A DNA stretch of 64,000 bases from a virus, in IMG/VR virus record IMGVR_UViG_3300009370_000014, positions 1-64,000 of that record. One strand, written 5' to 3'. The first letter of the stretch is position 1. The number at the start of each line of letters is the position of its first letter. The translations under genes and the position numbers were made by a program. The notes below the pieces were generated by a model. It worked only from the letters and a program-made list of their open reading frames with translations, had not been told where the DNA came from and searched no databases. Positions 1 to 10,148 of this stretch are shown here, piece after piece.

Positions 1-223
1 CTTTCTCTGCCTCCGAGCCTATCTTCCCAAGGGCCTGTGCTGCGTATTGACGAACGTAGCAATCCTTGTCTTTGAGAGCTTCAGCAAGGGCTGGGACTGC
101 TTTCGCTGCTTTTGGGCCTATCTTTCCAAGGACATAGGCTGCGCGATGACGGACGTATTTATCCTTGTCTTTGAGAGCTTCGGCAAGGGCTGGGACTGCT
201 TTCGCTGCTTTTGGGCCTATCAT
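1..223 (-). CDS. HEAT-repeat (PBS-lyase-like) protein, running off the window edge; not in the ORF track
   Basis: ATG at 223 preceded by AAGGAG. Manual translation [74 protein letters not shown] shows 33-aa (99-bp) HEAT repeats. Confidence 0.9.
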   Translation of the reverse strand, partial: MIGPKAAKAVPALAEALKDKDKYVRHRAAYVLGKIGPKAAKAVPALAEALKDKDCYVRQYAAQALGKIGSEAEK

Positions 224-386
224 AATAATCTCCTTTCCAAGAGATTTGTAAGTCGAGTCATGCCTAGATCAAAAGTGTCTAAGTTAATGCTCGCTTACAT
301 ACTAGATATAACAGGAATACCTCGAAAATTAAGTAGTTCTGATAGCGAAGAAAACCCTGCTTTCACAGGGCTTAAGGGGTAGGAGA

Positions 387-557
387 TCAAGAAGAAGTTG
401 GGGGCTCCCCGGTACCCCCGTTCGATAAGCACCATGGCTTATCGCACTTCTTCAAGGTCATAGGTATCAGGCACTTGCACTTAGGGCAAGGCGGAAAATT
501 TTTCTTCCGCTCTTCTTCTGAAGAGATTGCCCATAAAAACAGATTTAGGTCAGTCAC
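387..557 (-). CDS. small Cys-rich putative Zn-binding protein (56 aa), not in the ORF track
   Basis: GTG start after AAGGAGG; contains CPKC...CDKPWC; lies downstream of a conserved promoter motif near 615-650. Confidence 0.55.
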   Translation of the reverse strand: MTDLNLFLWAISSEEERKKNFPPCPKCKCLIPMTLKKCDKPWCLSNGGTGEPPTSS

Positions 558-788
558 GACACCCTCCTTCTAGAGTACCCCTGGTTTAATAGCGTAGGGC
601 AAGTGTCGTAATTCTTATAACGCTTAATAACTAATAATTGAGTAGTTCTGATAGCAAAAACTGATTCGAATTTAACAGTTTACTTACATATTAGATATAA
701 CAGATAATAGTTCATAATTAAGTAAACTTAACTATGTAGTTAGTACCTTATATGCCGGTAGTAAGGAGGAGTAATAGGAGCGGCTAGA

Positions 789-2561
789 TTAGAAGCCTTG
801 TTGAGATTGCATTTGCTGTTGAGGTTGCATTTCTTGCTGAGGTTGCCCGTCAGGTCCTGGAGGAGCAGGGGCTTGCCCTGAATCTCGTATTCTCTCCATA
901 ATCTTAGAAGCTAAAGCGTATAGAGCAGGGTCTTGTTGAGCCAGATTACCCATTTCCTGTCTACGCTGCTCGTAAGGTAGCTGTAGCCACTGTTCTGCTA
1001 GTTGACTCGCTTGTTCTTCTAATCCTTGGAGAGATGCGGGACCTTGACCACCTTGTGCGTTAGGATCTCCTTCATTTCTTTTCATTTGTTTTTCTTGGAA
1101 TTCTTTTTCTAACTCAGCTTCCAATTCTTGCTGGGAATAACGCTTACGTAATTCATCTTTGATACTAGTACCTATTGTGGACAAGAATGTATCGTCTGCG
1201 ATCTTCTGAGCTCCAACAAGTTGCATCAACAAGTTCTTCTTCTCTAAGTCATCTACTAAAGTAACTTCAGCCCATCTACAAGATATGCGAGGTAAGTGGT
1301 AATACCTAGATATTTTATCTGCACACCATTGAGATAACTTATTCATACCATCTATCCATGTAGACATAGTATTTTCCAGTAAGCGAAGCGCGACGGGGGC
1401 AGACTGTATTGTTAAGTCCCCATAAAAGAGTTGTTGAGGAAAGCCCATACTATTCATTATCTCTTCGTTTGCGAGTTTTATCTCTGGCATCAAATTGAGA
1501 GTTTTTCCCTCACCTCCAATAGGCTGATAACCCACTGGGAAAGGAAAGAAATAAGCATCACCTGGATCCTGTCTATGCTTCTTAACCATTTCTAAAGCAG
1601 CATTTTTAAACCTATTCATATTAACAAACTGCCCAATATCATCTCCACGAGTATCAGGATACATAACTCTAATAGGTGTTAAGTAGTCCAAAGCTATCGC
1701 CTCATTCGCTCTTCTTAAGATAGCATTATAGTAATGCAGTTTAAACGTTCTCAAAGTAGTAGGAATTCCCCACTCAGCATTTAGTCCAGCAAGGGAGCTA
1801 GTCTTAAGATGAAGAATGCTGTCAGAGTTAAATGCTAAAGTCTTATTTTTTTTAACTATGTCGAAGAAAACTTGGGGCAACCCGGCCACAAAGTTAATAT
1901 CTCCAGACTTGATACGTAACTTATCTTTAGGTGGAATTGTATAATAATATTTACTTTCTCCAGTGATACTGTTATGAGCAATATCCATGTAGTGAGGATC
2001 CCAGCGTTTTAAATACAACCCCTTTATGGATCTCGAAGGTCTATCCACTATCTCCATTATTCCTTTATGTCCACATCTACAAGTTGCATGAAACTTGAAC
2101 TCTTCAAATCTTACTTTAATAGCCTGTTTGATAAGAGTTTGCATCTTACACTTATGACATTTTAAGAATCGTGTGAAAGGGAATTGCATAGATACAAAGC
2201 TGTTACCATAAGAGTATAGGTCAATTCCTATATTCCCTATTTGGTCCCTAAACCCAAGCTGATTGGTCATGATTTCTTCATAACGATTCTTGATGTCTGA
2301 GTCTTCAGTTCCAAACTGTAAAGCAGTAATGGGATACTTTACTGTACGTTCAATACAGTTAGCAACTACACCATTGTTGACGTAGATATGCTCTACCCAC
2401 TTAAACATATCTTTAATATTGCGAGGCATAAATTGAGCTGCAATGTCAAAGAAAGGTGAAGGGAAAGAGAAGTTTCCGCGTCCAGATGTACCGGGAAACT
2501 TGTGTATAAGCTCCCTGTCACTAATTCCTGAACCGAATCCTGTAAAGCCTGTGTTGGACAT
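789..2561 (-). CDS. phage portal protein with a Zn-ribbon insertion and a Gln-rich C-terminal tail
   Basis: Portal-like motifs (VVANCIER..., IGIDLYSYGNSFV, ILHLK...WGIP, EEIMNSMGFPQQLFYG); CHKC...CRCGH insertion; 590 aa. Confidence 0.8.
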   Translation of the reverse strand: MSNTGFTGFGSGISDRELIHKFPGTSGRGNFSFPSPFFDIAAQFMPRNIKDMFKWVEHIYVNNGVVANCIERTVKYPITALQFGTEDSDIKNRYEEIMTNQLGFRDQIGNIGIDLYSYGNSFVSMQFPFTRFLKCHKCKMQTLIKQAIKVRFEEFKFHATCRCGHKGIMEIVDRPSRSIKGLYLKRWDPHYMDIAHNSITGESKYYYTIPPKDKLRIKSGDINFVAGLPQVFFDIVKKNKTLAFNSDSILHLKTSSLAGLNAEWGIPTTLRTFKLHYYNAILRRANEAIALDYLTPIRVMYPDTRGDDIGQFVNMNRFKNAALEMVKKHRQDPGDAYFFPFPVGYQPIGGEGKTLNLMPEIKLANEEIMNSMGFPQQLFYGDLTIQSAPVALRLLENTMSTWIDGMNKLSQWCADKISRYYHLPRISCRWAEVTLVDDLEKKNLLMQLVGAQKIADDTFLSTIGTSIKDELRKRYSQQELEAELEKEFQEKQMKRNEGDPNAQGGQGPASLQGLEEQASQLAEQWLQLPYEQRRQEMGNLAQQDPALYALASKIMERIRDSGQAPAPPGPDGQPQQEMQPQQQMQSQQGF

Positions 2562-2671
2562 GAGGATCCTCTATAACTGATTTATTTATTTTGATAGTCG
2601 ACTGGATTTATTATAGCTAAAGAAAAGAGTTCATGCCTATCTTTTATTTTTAATAGCTACGGAAAAGCTCG

Positions 2672-3577
2672 TTATCCTGTTTCGAGCTCTTCCTGGATGT
2701 CGTAGAAGCGGAGTTTAGCATTCTCCTCGTATGCTTCTTCCATATCCGAGAAGTATTTCTCCTCTTGGACATCACGGAAGTAAACATCTTTCCCTGCAAT
2801 CCATTCATTAATTCTCTCCCGGAAGTTGATGCTACCGGGGGCGTCCAGTACTACTTGGATGCCGTCTTCTTCATTCCAGAGAATCCAAACAAGGTAGTCG
2901 CTGCACGTAGAGAACCTAGCTTCTCCCGATGATCCTTTAGGATCATGAAGAATACATTCGCTCGTCATTGAGCCGAATAGCTTGGCTTGAGAGCTTAGCG
3001 AGAAATACTCAAGATTCCACATTCGGGTAGTATATCCTGCAGTCCTGCCTTGAGCTAGCAAGGCCCTAATCAAGTACTCAAGGTCCCTTCCTGTTTCTGA
3101 AGGAACAGTTTGCAGAAGATCTACCACAGGATGTTTCGCATCCTTGCCCATGAGATCTAGGATCTCATCTTCGTTGAACCCTAATCCGTAGAGTTCTCTC
3201 TTAGAAAAAGATTCTACGGTGTTACGTATGACATGTGTAATGTCACTTTGCTTTTCCCAATGAGAGTCATGTAAGTACTCTGGATCAGGCTCTCTCTTAT
3301 AAATTTCGTCTATGAATAGGTCAGCTTGTTTCCTAGACAGAAAGGCGGGACTACCATAAGGATTGTACTTAAGAAACTCCTTGTAAGTTACAGGCATTCC
3401 TGACCTGATCTTATAGAAGTAAAGTTGCTTAGGGTCGCCAGTGCGTTCAATGTTTCTAAAGATTGCGTCCATGTTATTTCTCCTAGTGTTAGTAAGTATT
3501 AATAAATGTGCGTACATATTATCTATAACAAGAAGAGGTATTGTTTTAATAGCTACAGAAGAAGGGGGAGCCTTCAA
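2672..3577 (-). CDS. hypothetical protein; probable true start MDAIFRN near 3472
   Basis: Long ORF. The AGGAG RBS and promoter motif at 3510-3556 lie inside the annotated 5' end, so the real start is probably downstream. Confidence 0.7.
   Translation of the reverse strand: MKAPPSSVAIKTIPLLVIDNMYAHLLILTNTRRNNMDAIFRNIERTGDPKQLYFYKIRSGMPVTYKEFLKYNPYGSPAFLSRKQADLFIDEIYKREPDPEYLHDSHWEKQSDITHVIRNTVESFSKRELYGLGFNEDEILDLMGKDAKHPVVDLLQTVPSETGRDLEYLIRALLAQGRTAGYTTRMWNLEYFSLSSQAKLFGSMTSECILHDPKGSSGEARFSTCSDYLVWILWNEEDGIQVVLDAPGSINFRERINEWIAGKDVYFRDVQEEKYFSDMEEAYEENAKLRFYDIQEELETG
3510..3556 (-). promoter_or_regulatory. conserved phage promoter motif (TAGCTATTAA-N~16-18-GTTATA(A/G)N-N-AATATGTACG), representative copy
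   Basis: Full or partial copies on the minus strand near 295-335, 615-645, 685-725, 4237-4280, 6670-6687, 7027-7058, 7320-7368, 7748-7795, 10558-10570, 21487-21495, 26718-26728, 38910-38929 and 40048-40060, mostly just upstream of genes or RNAs. Confidence 0.75.
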
Positions 3578-3834
3578 CTTAACGCCTCCTTAAGGGCGCT
3601 GATTTTAAGGTCAAGCTCTGAGAGCTCGGCCTCTAATTTGATAATTTCTTTCCGGATACCTGGCAAAGCGATCCCTGCCAGTTCGGAAAGTTCTTGTTTA
3701 TGTCGGCGCTCGACAGAGAGCCAAGTAGCTCTCCGGTCAAATACTTCTTCTCTGACTCGTAAAACCAGAGAAAGTGAGCGTTCGACCATAGGTCGAGAAA
3801 TTCGACCTGCTTTCCAGAGTTCAAGTAGTTTCAT
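3574..3834 (-). CDS. hypothetical coiled-coil protein
   Basis: ORF on the dominant strand with a heptad-like C-terminus. Confidence 0.55.
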   Translation of the reverse strand: MKLLELWKAGRISRPMVERSLSLVLRVREEVFDRRATWLSVERRHKQELSELAGIALPGIRKEIIKLEAELSELDLKISALKEALS

Positions 3835-3979
3835 CTAGTGCAAGCCTTTCCGTTAAAGTGGTCGTCAATGAGCTTGGCACAAATAAAGCACCAGTTCTGT
3901 TCTTTCCCCACCTTAGAATAATCTTCCGGTGGGGCGTCACAGATACAACGAGCATCTGGACGCTTACATTTAGGACACA

Positions 3980-4210
3980 TTATTGGTCCTCCCAAGGGGT
4001 GACGAAAGACTTTTCTTCCTCATCCCATACGAGAGGAAGATCACAAACAGCTATTACAAGCTTTGCTACAGAAAGATCTGCGGCATTTAGTATGTCCATA
4101 ATAGCAGTATTGTCTATTCTGAAGGCCTGCTGAACTTGTGTCCTGTACCAGCCTAAAACTAGAAAGCCTAGCAAAAAGACACAGAGAAACAGTGTAAAAA
4201 CCTGTATCAT
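3980..4210 (-). CDS. small membrane protein
   Basis: N-terminal hydrophobic helix; AAGGA RBS; promoter motif upstream. Confidence 0.6.
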   Translation of the reverse strand: MIQVFTLFLCVFLLGFLVLGWYRTQVQQAFRIDNTAIMDILNAADLSVAKLVIAVCDLPLVWDEEEKSFVTPWEDQ

Positions 4211-4289
4211 AATATCATCCTTTTCTAAAGTACATGTACATATTAGTTATAACCTATCCAAGGCTCAATTTAATAGGTAGAAGAAAGCT

Positions 4290-4655
4290 TCATTTTGAAG
4301 GGTTGATGTTATTAGCTAAATCTAAAAATCCAGCCCAAGCTTCCTCTTCCGTTTGAGTAAATAAAGTCTTGTCTACGAACTTAACCAAAGATTCTATAAC
4401 CAAGCCATGCATTTTTCTTTTGGTTCGTAATCTAGACTTAGCTTGTAGTGTATAACAAGTAGTGCCTTCATCGTAATCTCGAATCATAGCTTGAGCAATG
4501 TACATATACTCCCTAGAGGAAGTAACAAATAGCTTTTTCCCTCGTACTACATGCCAAATAGGTAGAGTGGGATCAGGGACCTCAGGAAATTCCACAGGTG
4601 ATTCCCCATACCTCCAAAGCTTATTAACCCTTACACGTAGACTTCTTCTTAACAT
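4290..4655 (-). CDS. hypothetical protein
   Basis: ORF on the dominant strand. Confidence 0.55.
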   Translation of the reverse strand: MLRRSLRVRVNKLWRYGESPVEFPEVPDPTLPIWHVVRGKKLFVTSSREYMYIAQAMIRDYDEGTTCYTLQAKSRLRTKRKMHGLVIESLVKFVDKTLFTQTEEEAWAGFLDLANNINPSK

Positions 4656-4727
4656 GATTATGTACCTTTCATAAGTTGTAAGAGATAAGAGGAAGGGAGT
4701 TATCCTTCAATCTTCTTCCGCCCAGGT

Positions 4728-5102
4728 TCAAGATTTATCCTTGAGAAGTAGTATGCGACATATCCGATTTGACTCGGATCTGTAGTTCCTGCTTCCGTTT
4801 CTCTGAAGTTCACTTTCAGAGGGGATTCCTTTGTTAGCCATGTCCTCTTTTGTCAAAACTTTAGCAGGGTTGAAAGCTTTTTTGTAAAGAATGTTAAGCT
4901 GCTCAGCTGTCACCTTGAGTAACTTAGCTACCTCTCTACAAGATACATCCTGTACCCTTTTATATTCTCGACATGGGCGTTTCTCTTTCCACTCACTTTC
5001 CCAGTACCAAAATTGGTTATCATACCCTGCAATAAAGTATTTACCTTTGAAGGTGTATACTTCTCCAGGGTGGATTTCATTTTTGCCCATATTATCCCTC
5101 AA
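4728..5102 (-). CDS. hypothetical protein
   Basis: ORF coupled to the upstream gene. Confidence 0.55.
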   Translation of the reverse strand: MRDNMGKNEIHPGEVYTFKGKYFIAGYDNQFWYWESEWKEKRPCREYKRVQDVSCREVAKLLKVTAEQLNILYKKAFNPAKVLTKEDMANKGIPSESELQRNGSRNYRSESNRICRILLLKDKS

Positions 5103-5937
5103 CTCCTAAAGACCTGAGCATTATATCTCGGGCCTTAGCTAGATAGACAGTTTCCCGCTCACCACACCATGCGGCTAACTTCTTAACTGCTATTGGATTT
5201 TCACTTTGCAGCAAAGACTGCAAATGTGACCATCTGGCATTGGTCATGTTGATCCGAGCTTTTAATGCCTTCTGAAGGAAGCTCAGAAATGTGAGAGGAG
5301 CTAACTTTTTAAGTAAGACTAATTTGCCAAATGAGAGTTTTCCCTCGACAGTATGGTTAAGCAGAGTTTGAGCATACACATGCTCATTCGTATGTTTGTA
5401 GAGAGCCAAGAGAAAGCTGTTGAGGAGTAAGTATCCTTCAGATACCCACTGGGTAGAGGCTAGCTCAACTTGACCTTCAGGGAGTTCCAGCGTTATTATC
5501 CCTGGTGAAAAGAGATGGTCTACTGCGTATGCCAACAAATTAGCAGACTCTTTGTCTGCAAAAGTGAGGTACGCATGAATTGCATCGTACAGATATACGG
5601 GACCTTCTCTCTCAAAATCTGAGAATCCTTTTGATAAGAGGTAGATCCAGAGATTAAAATTCCGTGAGTGACTATAATCTTCATCTTGTGCACTTGCAAG
5701 ATGTAAGATCTGTTCTTGGTTTATTTGCAATAGTTCGCGCTGTGCAAACTCTTCTGCTTTAATGCAGAAGTACGACTTGTCCTGTAGTCCCATAATAACC
5801 CCTGTTTGATGTCGAACGAAAAGGAGGAGCAAGTATAAACCTGCTCCTCTAGGTAAATTAGTCACGGTAGGAGAATCCATATGCTTCAACAGAAGCATGC
5901 ATCTTCTCCTGTTGTTGCAGATTCTCCTGCTTAACAA
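5092..5937 (-). CDS. hypothetical protein
   Basis: 281-aa ORF overlapping its neighbours. Confidence 0.65.
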   Translation of the reverse strand: MLSRRICNNRRRCMLLLKHMDSPTVTNLPRGAGLYLLLLFVRHQTGVIMGLQDKSYFCIKAEEFAQRELLQINQEQILHLASAQDEDYSHSRNFNLWIYLLSKGFSDFEREGPVYLYDAIHAYLTFADKESANLLAYAVDHLFSPGIITLELPEGQVELASTQWVSEGYLLLNSFLLALYKHTNEHVYAQTLLNHTVEGKLSFGKLVLLKKLAPLTFLSFLQKALKARINMTNARWSHLQSLLQSENPIAVKKLAAWCGERETVYLAKARDIMLRSLGVEG

Positions 5938-6574
5938 GATCGATGAAGTTACGCGTCACTTTCACCCTACCTTTGTGCTGGTATGGCTTGAGTGATCTGT
6001 CAACCTTAATGTGAGATACACCCAGGAGAATCGCGTCATCCTTTGAGATCCTACGATCTCTGAAAGCTGTCACGTCCGGAATCCGGACCGGCGCATCTGA
6101 GACGCATCCAGGATAGAAAGTAGCAACAACTTCCTTCCCGTTATGTGGGCTGAGAATGATCGTGCCGTGAGACACTTCAGTCTTTAACAAAGCGGTTGCA
6201 GGGAGGTTATCAATATGAACCTCCAAGCAAAGCTCAGGGAAATCATCGGTCTCACGAGGATGCCGGTTGATCAATATCATAGGAGTGTCTTCACTCATAT
6301 GTTTGATATTAAGGATACCGAGGACTCCCGGAATACCTTCAAAGCGAATACCTCGACACACAGCGGAGATTCGAGGATCGTCCATAAAGCCGTCTTCTCT
6401 GTGGCCCAAGACAATCGCATCTGCGATGCTTTGAAACGTCTGAGGAGTCAGGAAGTAAGATCCTGCTCCTTCTCCTGGATTGCGCATATCCAGGGTTCGC
6501 TGTGCATTTGAAGGAAAAGCTTCAACAGCGGCGAGAAAAGTCTCCCGCAGCCTTGCTAGTTTAGAATCAGTCAT
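5858..6574 (-). CDS. hypothetical protein
   Basis: 238-aa ORF downstream of a promoter motif. Confidence 0.65.
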   Translation of the reverse strand: MTDSKLARLRETFLAAVEAFPSNAQRTLDMRNPGEGAGSYFLTPQTFQSIADAIVLGHREDGFMDDPRISAVCRGIRFEGIPGVLGILNIKHMSEDTPMILINRHPRETDDFPELCLEVHIDNLPATALLKTEVSHGTIILSPHNGKEVVATFYPGCVSDAPVRIPDVTAFRDRRISKDDAILLGVSHIKVDRSLKPYQHKGRVKVTRNFIDLVKQENLQQQEKMHASVEAYGFSYRD

Positions 6575-6691
6575 AACTTGCTGACCTTAGAGTTAGAGTA
6601 ATGTGATTGATAAGTATTACGTACGAAAAGACTTGTCTTGAATCAATCAAGCAAGAGTAAGACCTTCCGTACATAGTACTTATAACACCTC

Positions 6692-7006
6692 CTAGGTATT
6701 ATATTTACCAAATATAGCTCCTAACATAGGAGGCAGTCCTTGGTAGAGTTGTAGGCAGTCTCCATACAGAGAACTGAAGGATTCTCTATTCTCTCCTGTT
6801 CCTCTGTAGTATAAGTCTTCATCATTATAATCAGAGACTTGAGTCAGAAGCTCTCTCACTAACGTACGCCCTTTTATTACTGTGTAGCAACCATTATGCT
6901 CATACCTCAGTTGGATATCTCCTGCCCGAAGTCTATGTACCCAGTAAGCAGGCATGTCCTTAGTAAAGTTTGGGTTTCGTTCAATCTCACGTCTTTCTCT
7001 ATCCAT
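6692..7006 (-). CDS. hypothetical protein
   Basis: AAGGAG RBS and promoter motif upstream. Confidence 0.65.
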   Translation of the reverse strand: MDRERREIERNPNFTKDMPAYWVHRLRAGDIQLRYEHNGCYTVIKGRTLVRELLTQVSDYNDEDLYYRGTGENRESFSSLYGDCLQLYQGLPPMLGAIFGKYNT

Positions 7007-7092
7007 AGTTTTTACTCCTTTCTAGTTACTTATAACAAGGAAAGAGTTAATAGCTAAAAGGACTTACATTTACCGAAGTAAAATGCCTTTTT

Positions 7093-7296
7093 CTATAAAG
7101 CCCAAACTATTAGAGTTGATAACAGGAATAACAAGCCGTACCCTATCGCTTTCCCTACGGAAAAGCATATTGCATCTACTCTCTTCCTGATTTTTTCTCT
7201 CCTAGCCTGGAGAGATTTAATCTTTAGGGACTGACCTTTGTTCCGTAGCCTCCATCTACGGTCGATCTCCCATTGAAAATATTTTGGATCCATCAT
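7093..7296 (-). CDS. small membrane protein
   Basis: AAGGAG RBS, C-terminal hydrophobic helix, own promoter. Confidence 0.65.
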   Translation of the reverse strand: MMDPKYFQWEIDRRWRLRNKGQSLKIKSLQARREKIRKRVDAICFSVGKAIGYGLLFLLSTLIVWAL

Positions 7297-7427
7297 AGTC
7301 TCCTTAAAGATTAATGTTGTACGTACATATTTCTTGTAACAAGGAGGGCTTAGTTATTAATAGCTAAAAAATTACACTCCCTAGGAAAAACAGTGGGAGC
7401 GTAATTTAGTGGTAAGCCTCCCGAGGC

Positions 7428-7730
7428 CTACCATTCGGTCTCTTCCCAAAGACCGTTTTCAACGGCATATATATATGCCAGGACCCTTTTCTCCCATTCT
7501 TTCTTCCAGGGGGAGTTGGTACCACGTTTTTCAGGAGGTTCTATTTCCCTCCAAGATTTCTCTCCAAGAGCATCCAAAGAACAGCCCTCGATCTTATAAG
7601 TCCAGTATTCTTGGGACCCGTAAAGTATAACTCGGTATGAGTTAAACCCTGTAAGAGAACTGGTGAAATCCTGAGGGAGATCACCTTCCCAGATTTTCCG
7701 AGCAGTAGAAGCCATCATAGTCTCCTTCAT
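7428..7730 (-). CDS. hypothetical protein; start probably MMASTARK
   Basis: Leader nearly identical to that of 7093-7296 (AAGGAGACTATGATG). Confidence 0.65.
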   Translation of the reverse strand: MKETMMASTARKIWEGDLPQDFTSSLTGFNSYRVILYGSQEYWTYKIEGCSLDALGEKSWREIEPPEKRGTNSPWKKEWEKRVLAYIYAVENGLWEETEW

Positions 7731-7861
7731 ACAAAAGATTAATGTTGTACGTACATATTTCTTGTAACAAAGAGAACTTGAATGTTAATAGCTAAAAAAA
7801 GACAGCCGGATACTATCCGACTGCCTCTCTCACGACCCGCATGATTGTAGCCCAATTATAG

Positions 7862-8104
7862 CTACTTCGTGACTTCTTTAGATGTTTGGATCACCTCGGT
7901 AAGGACCGCAACCTCGCTCTTTAACGCGTGTAGAGTTGTAAGGGCAGTCAAATGTCTAGATCTTGCAATTTCCCATTCATCGGGAGTAATTGCAGTATAA
8001 GTTTTATTGAATGGCCAAGTTAAGCCTGCCCTAGAAACAGGTGGACCTAATTCATCTATCTTGGCTTCCAGTAAAGCTATGGTCTTTGGATCAGGATTAA
8101 TCAA
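7862..8104 (-). CDS. hypothetical protein
   Basis: AAGGAGG upstream of a TTG start. Confidence 0.55.
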   Translation of the reverse strand: MINPDPKTIALLEAKIDELGPPVSRAGLTWPFNKTYTAITPDEWEIARSRHLTALTTLHALKSEVAVLTEVIQTSKEVTK

Positions 8105-8826
8105 GAGTAATGCCCTCCTTTGTAAAGTTAAACCTTTTTTTATGTATGTAAAAAGATCCTCTACCTACAGTAGGTATCGCAATCTCCAAGGTTTCTGTGG
8201 TGGAAGAATTTGAGATAATTTCAAAGTAATCTCCGAGTACGTGGATAAGAGTACCCAGAGCTAATCTGTTATGTGGTTTAAGAGCTAAAACCAATTTGAA
8301 TTCCTAGCATGTTAAGATATCTACAAAGATGAACATCTAGAGTAGTAGTAGATTGTAAGTAAATAAGTCCGCTAGAACTGAACTCAATTGTCGGATAAGT
8401 ATTAGTGATAGCACTAACCTTGTACAAATCAGTATCTAAAATGTTAACTAAAGGAGCACGGTAGCGTTTAAAATTGAATATCATGGTTTTGAAATAAGAT
8501 CTTTCGGATAACAGAGACTCTAGACGGAGAAAAGAAAATTTTACGTTTAGGATCAAGTAAGCTTAGAAAGGATAAAATCATGGTAATGACCTTAAAGCGT
8601 CTTTTTGAGAGATACCCGCAGTAATAGCAGATATCTTTAAATTATCGTCAAGCATCTCCAGAAATATCTTTTGTAGAGCTTGTTGACGTTGCCTTATTTT
8701 TATCCAACTGAAACTCATTATCATCTAATAACTCGTTTATAGTTTTAGGTGCACGAGTGGCTTTCTTGCCAGACCCGTCATCTTTGAAAGATTTACCTAA
8801 CTTAAAATCAGCTCTTTTTTCTAACA

Positions 8827-9333
8827 TTATTTAATGACCTTTATACGGTGTTCTGTTTTAGGAACTTTATTAGCATCTTTTAAACGCTCTTTTACAGCAG
8901 TTTTCATGCGATTGAAAGTGTAAATGTTACGTAATACTTTTTCTGCTTTGGACATAGCTCTCTTTACACTAGATCCAGCCATCCTGCCAGGTTCCCGTAG
9001 CATAGAACCTAGTATAGTGTCCGAGTCATAGAATACTTGTCCAAAGGCACTTTTAGGCCTGTAGGACTCTCTAACTGACTCACCGGGAACGTTACTAAGT
9101 ACTTTACCTAGAGAAGCATGGAGAGCTCCCAGTTTGGCTCCATCTTTAATAGATTTGGTATCTATGGTTTTCTTTTTATCTCCATACAATCTACTAGTGA
9201 TAGCACCTACCATACCTCCAGTGAGAGCACCTTCTATAGCATTCTCAGCAATTCCATAGGCATCCCCTGTACTACGAGCTAGTACTCTCTGAACTCCTTC
9301 AGGTATTTGAGATAAGATAGTAGCCATTAACAT
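8827..9333 (-). CDS. hypothetical protein, possibly virion-associated
   Basis: Gly/Ala-rich helical segment; coupled to 9327-10148. Confidence 0.6.
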   Translation of the reverse strand: MLMATILSQIPEGVQRVLARSTGDAYGIAENAIEGALTGGMVGAITSRLYGDKKKTIDTKSIKDGAKLGALHASLGKVLSNVPGESVRESYRPKSAFGQVFYDSDTILGSMLREPGRMAGSSVKRAMSKAEKVLRNIYTFNRMKTAVKERLKDANKVPKTEHRIKVIK

Positions 9334-10148
9334 TCCTCATCTAAGATGATAAAGATCACAAACTTTTGACATCTATAATTAAAACTAGTATCCATGTAAG
9401 ACACCGGGTACTCTTCTCCTTTATATTTTAACCTAAATTGACTTCCAACTCTAGGATATAAAGGTGGTTTGCTTCTATTTGTGTCAAAAACCATAACAAA
9501 GCTACGATTAGCAAGAAATGCTTCTTCAGGCTCAAACAAAAGACTTCCTATTTCGGTCTCTAAGAATACTTCTTTTAGAGGAAGTTGAACTTTTTGTAAA
9601 TTAGGTTTAAGCTCGAGAGTGTTTTCTTTAGATGACTTATTAAACAAAGCATCTATCACATCTTTATCTAATTCAGAGGGAGAAGGTATCTCTATACTAG
9701 TCTCCGACATAGTAGCATTTGATAAATCAATACTTAGGTACTCAGGATGACCTTCTACAGGATTGTGATCTCTATCTACAGGACCTATCGTAACTCCCTC
9801 TTCTGTGATTTCCATCCAAGTACCATCCTCTCCTAATGTAAGCAATCTATGTTTAGTAATAGTGTCTGAGTATTCTAAAGGAAACTCATCTCCTGGGGGT
9901 TGAAAAGTGTACTCATAACTGATATCTAAAAAACCATCTACTTCTTTTGTCTTATAAGCTTTTAGAGACTCCATTAGCTCATGCAAATCTTTTTTAGTAC
10001 CAACCTCTCCTCGCTCAATCTGTTGTACTATGGTACCTGCGATAGAGTCATCTTTATTTTCTTTTAAATCTTGATAGATATTTTCAAGCTTAACACGTTG
10101 TTCCGCGCTAACTGATTGAAACTGCTCTATAACTTCCACTAATGACAT
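9327..10148 (-). CDS. hypothetical acidic protein
   Basis: AGGAG RBS; sigma70-like TTGCAG-N17-TAGAAT upstream at ~10195-10223. Confidence 0.7.
   Translation of the reverse strand: MSLVEVIEQFQSVSAEQRVKLENIYQDLKENKDDSIAGTIVQQIERGEVGTKKDLHELMESLKAYKTKEVDGFLDISYEYTFQPPGDEFPLEYSDTITKHRLLTLGEDGTWMEITEEGVTIGPVDRDHNPVEGHPEYLSIDLSNATMSETSIEIPSPSELDKDVIDALFNKSSKENTLELKPNLQKVQLPLKEVFLETEIGSLLFEPEEAFLANRSFVMVFDTNRSKPPLYPRVGSQFRLKYKGEEYPVSYMDTSFNYRCQKFVIFIILDEEC

Noticed and set aside
62-220. 99-bp direct repeat as a DGR TR/VR pair for the RT
   Set aside because: The copies are in-frame HEAT repeats and their differences are not limited to adenines; the RT is retron-like.
47-382. Plus-strand 111-aa ORF with an internal repeat
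   Set aside because: Antisense shadow of the minus-strand HEAT-repeat gene, which has an RBS and a recognisable motif.
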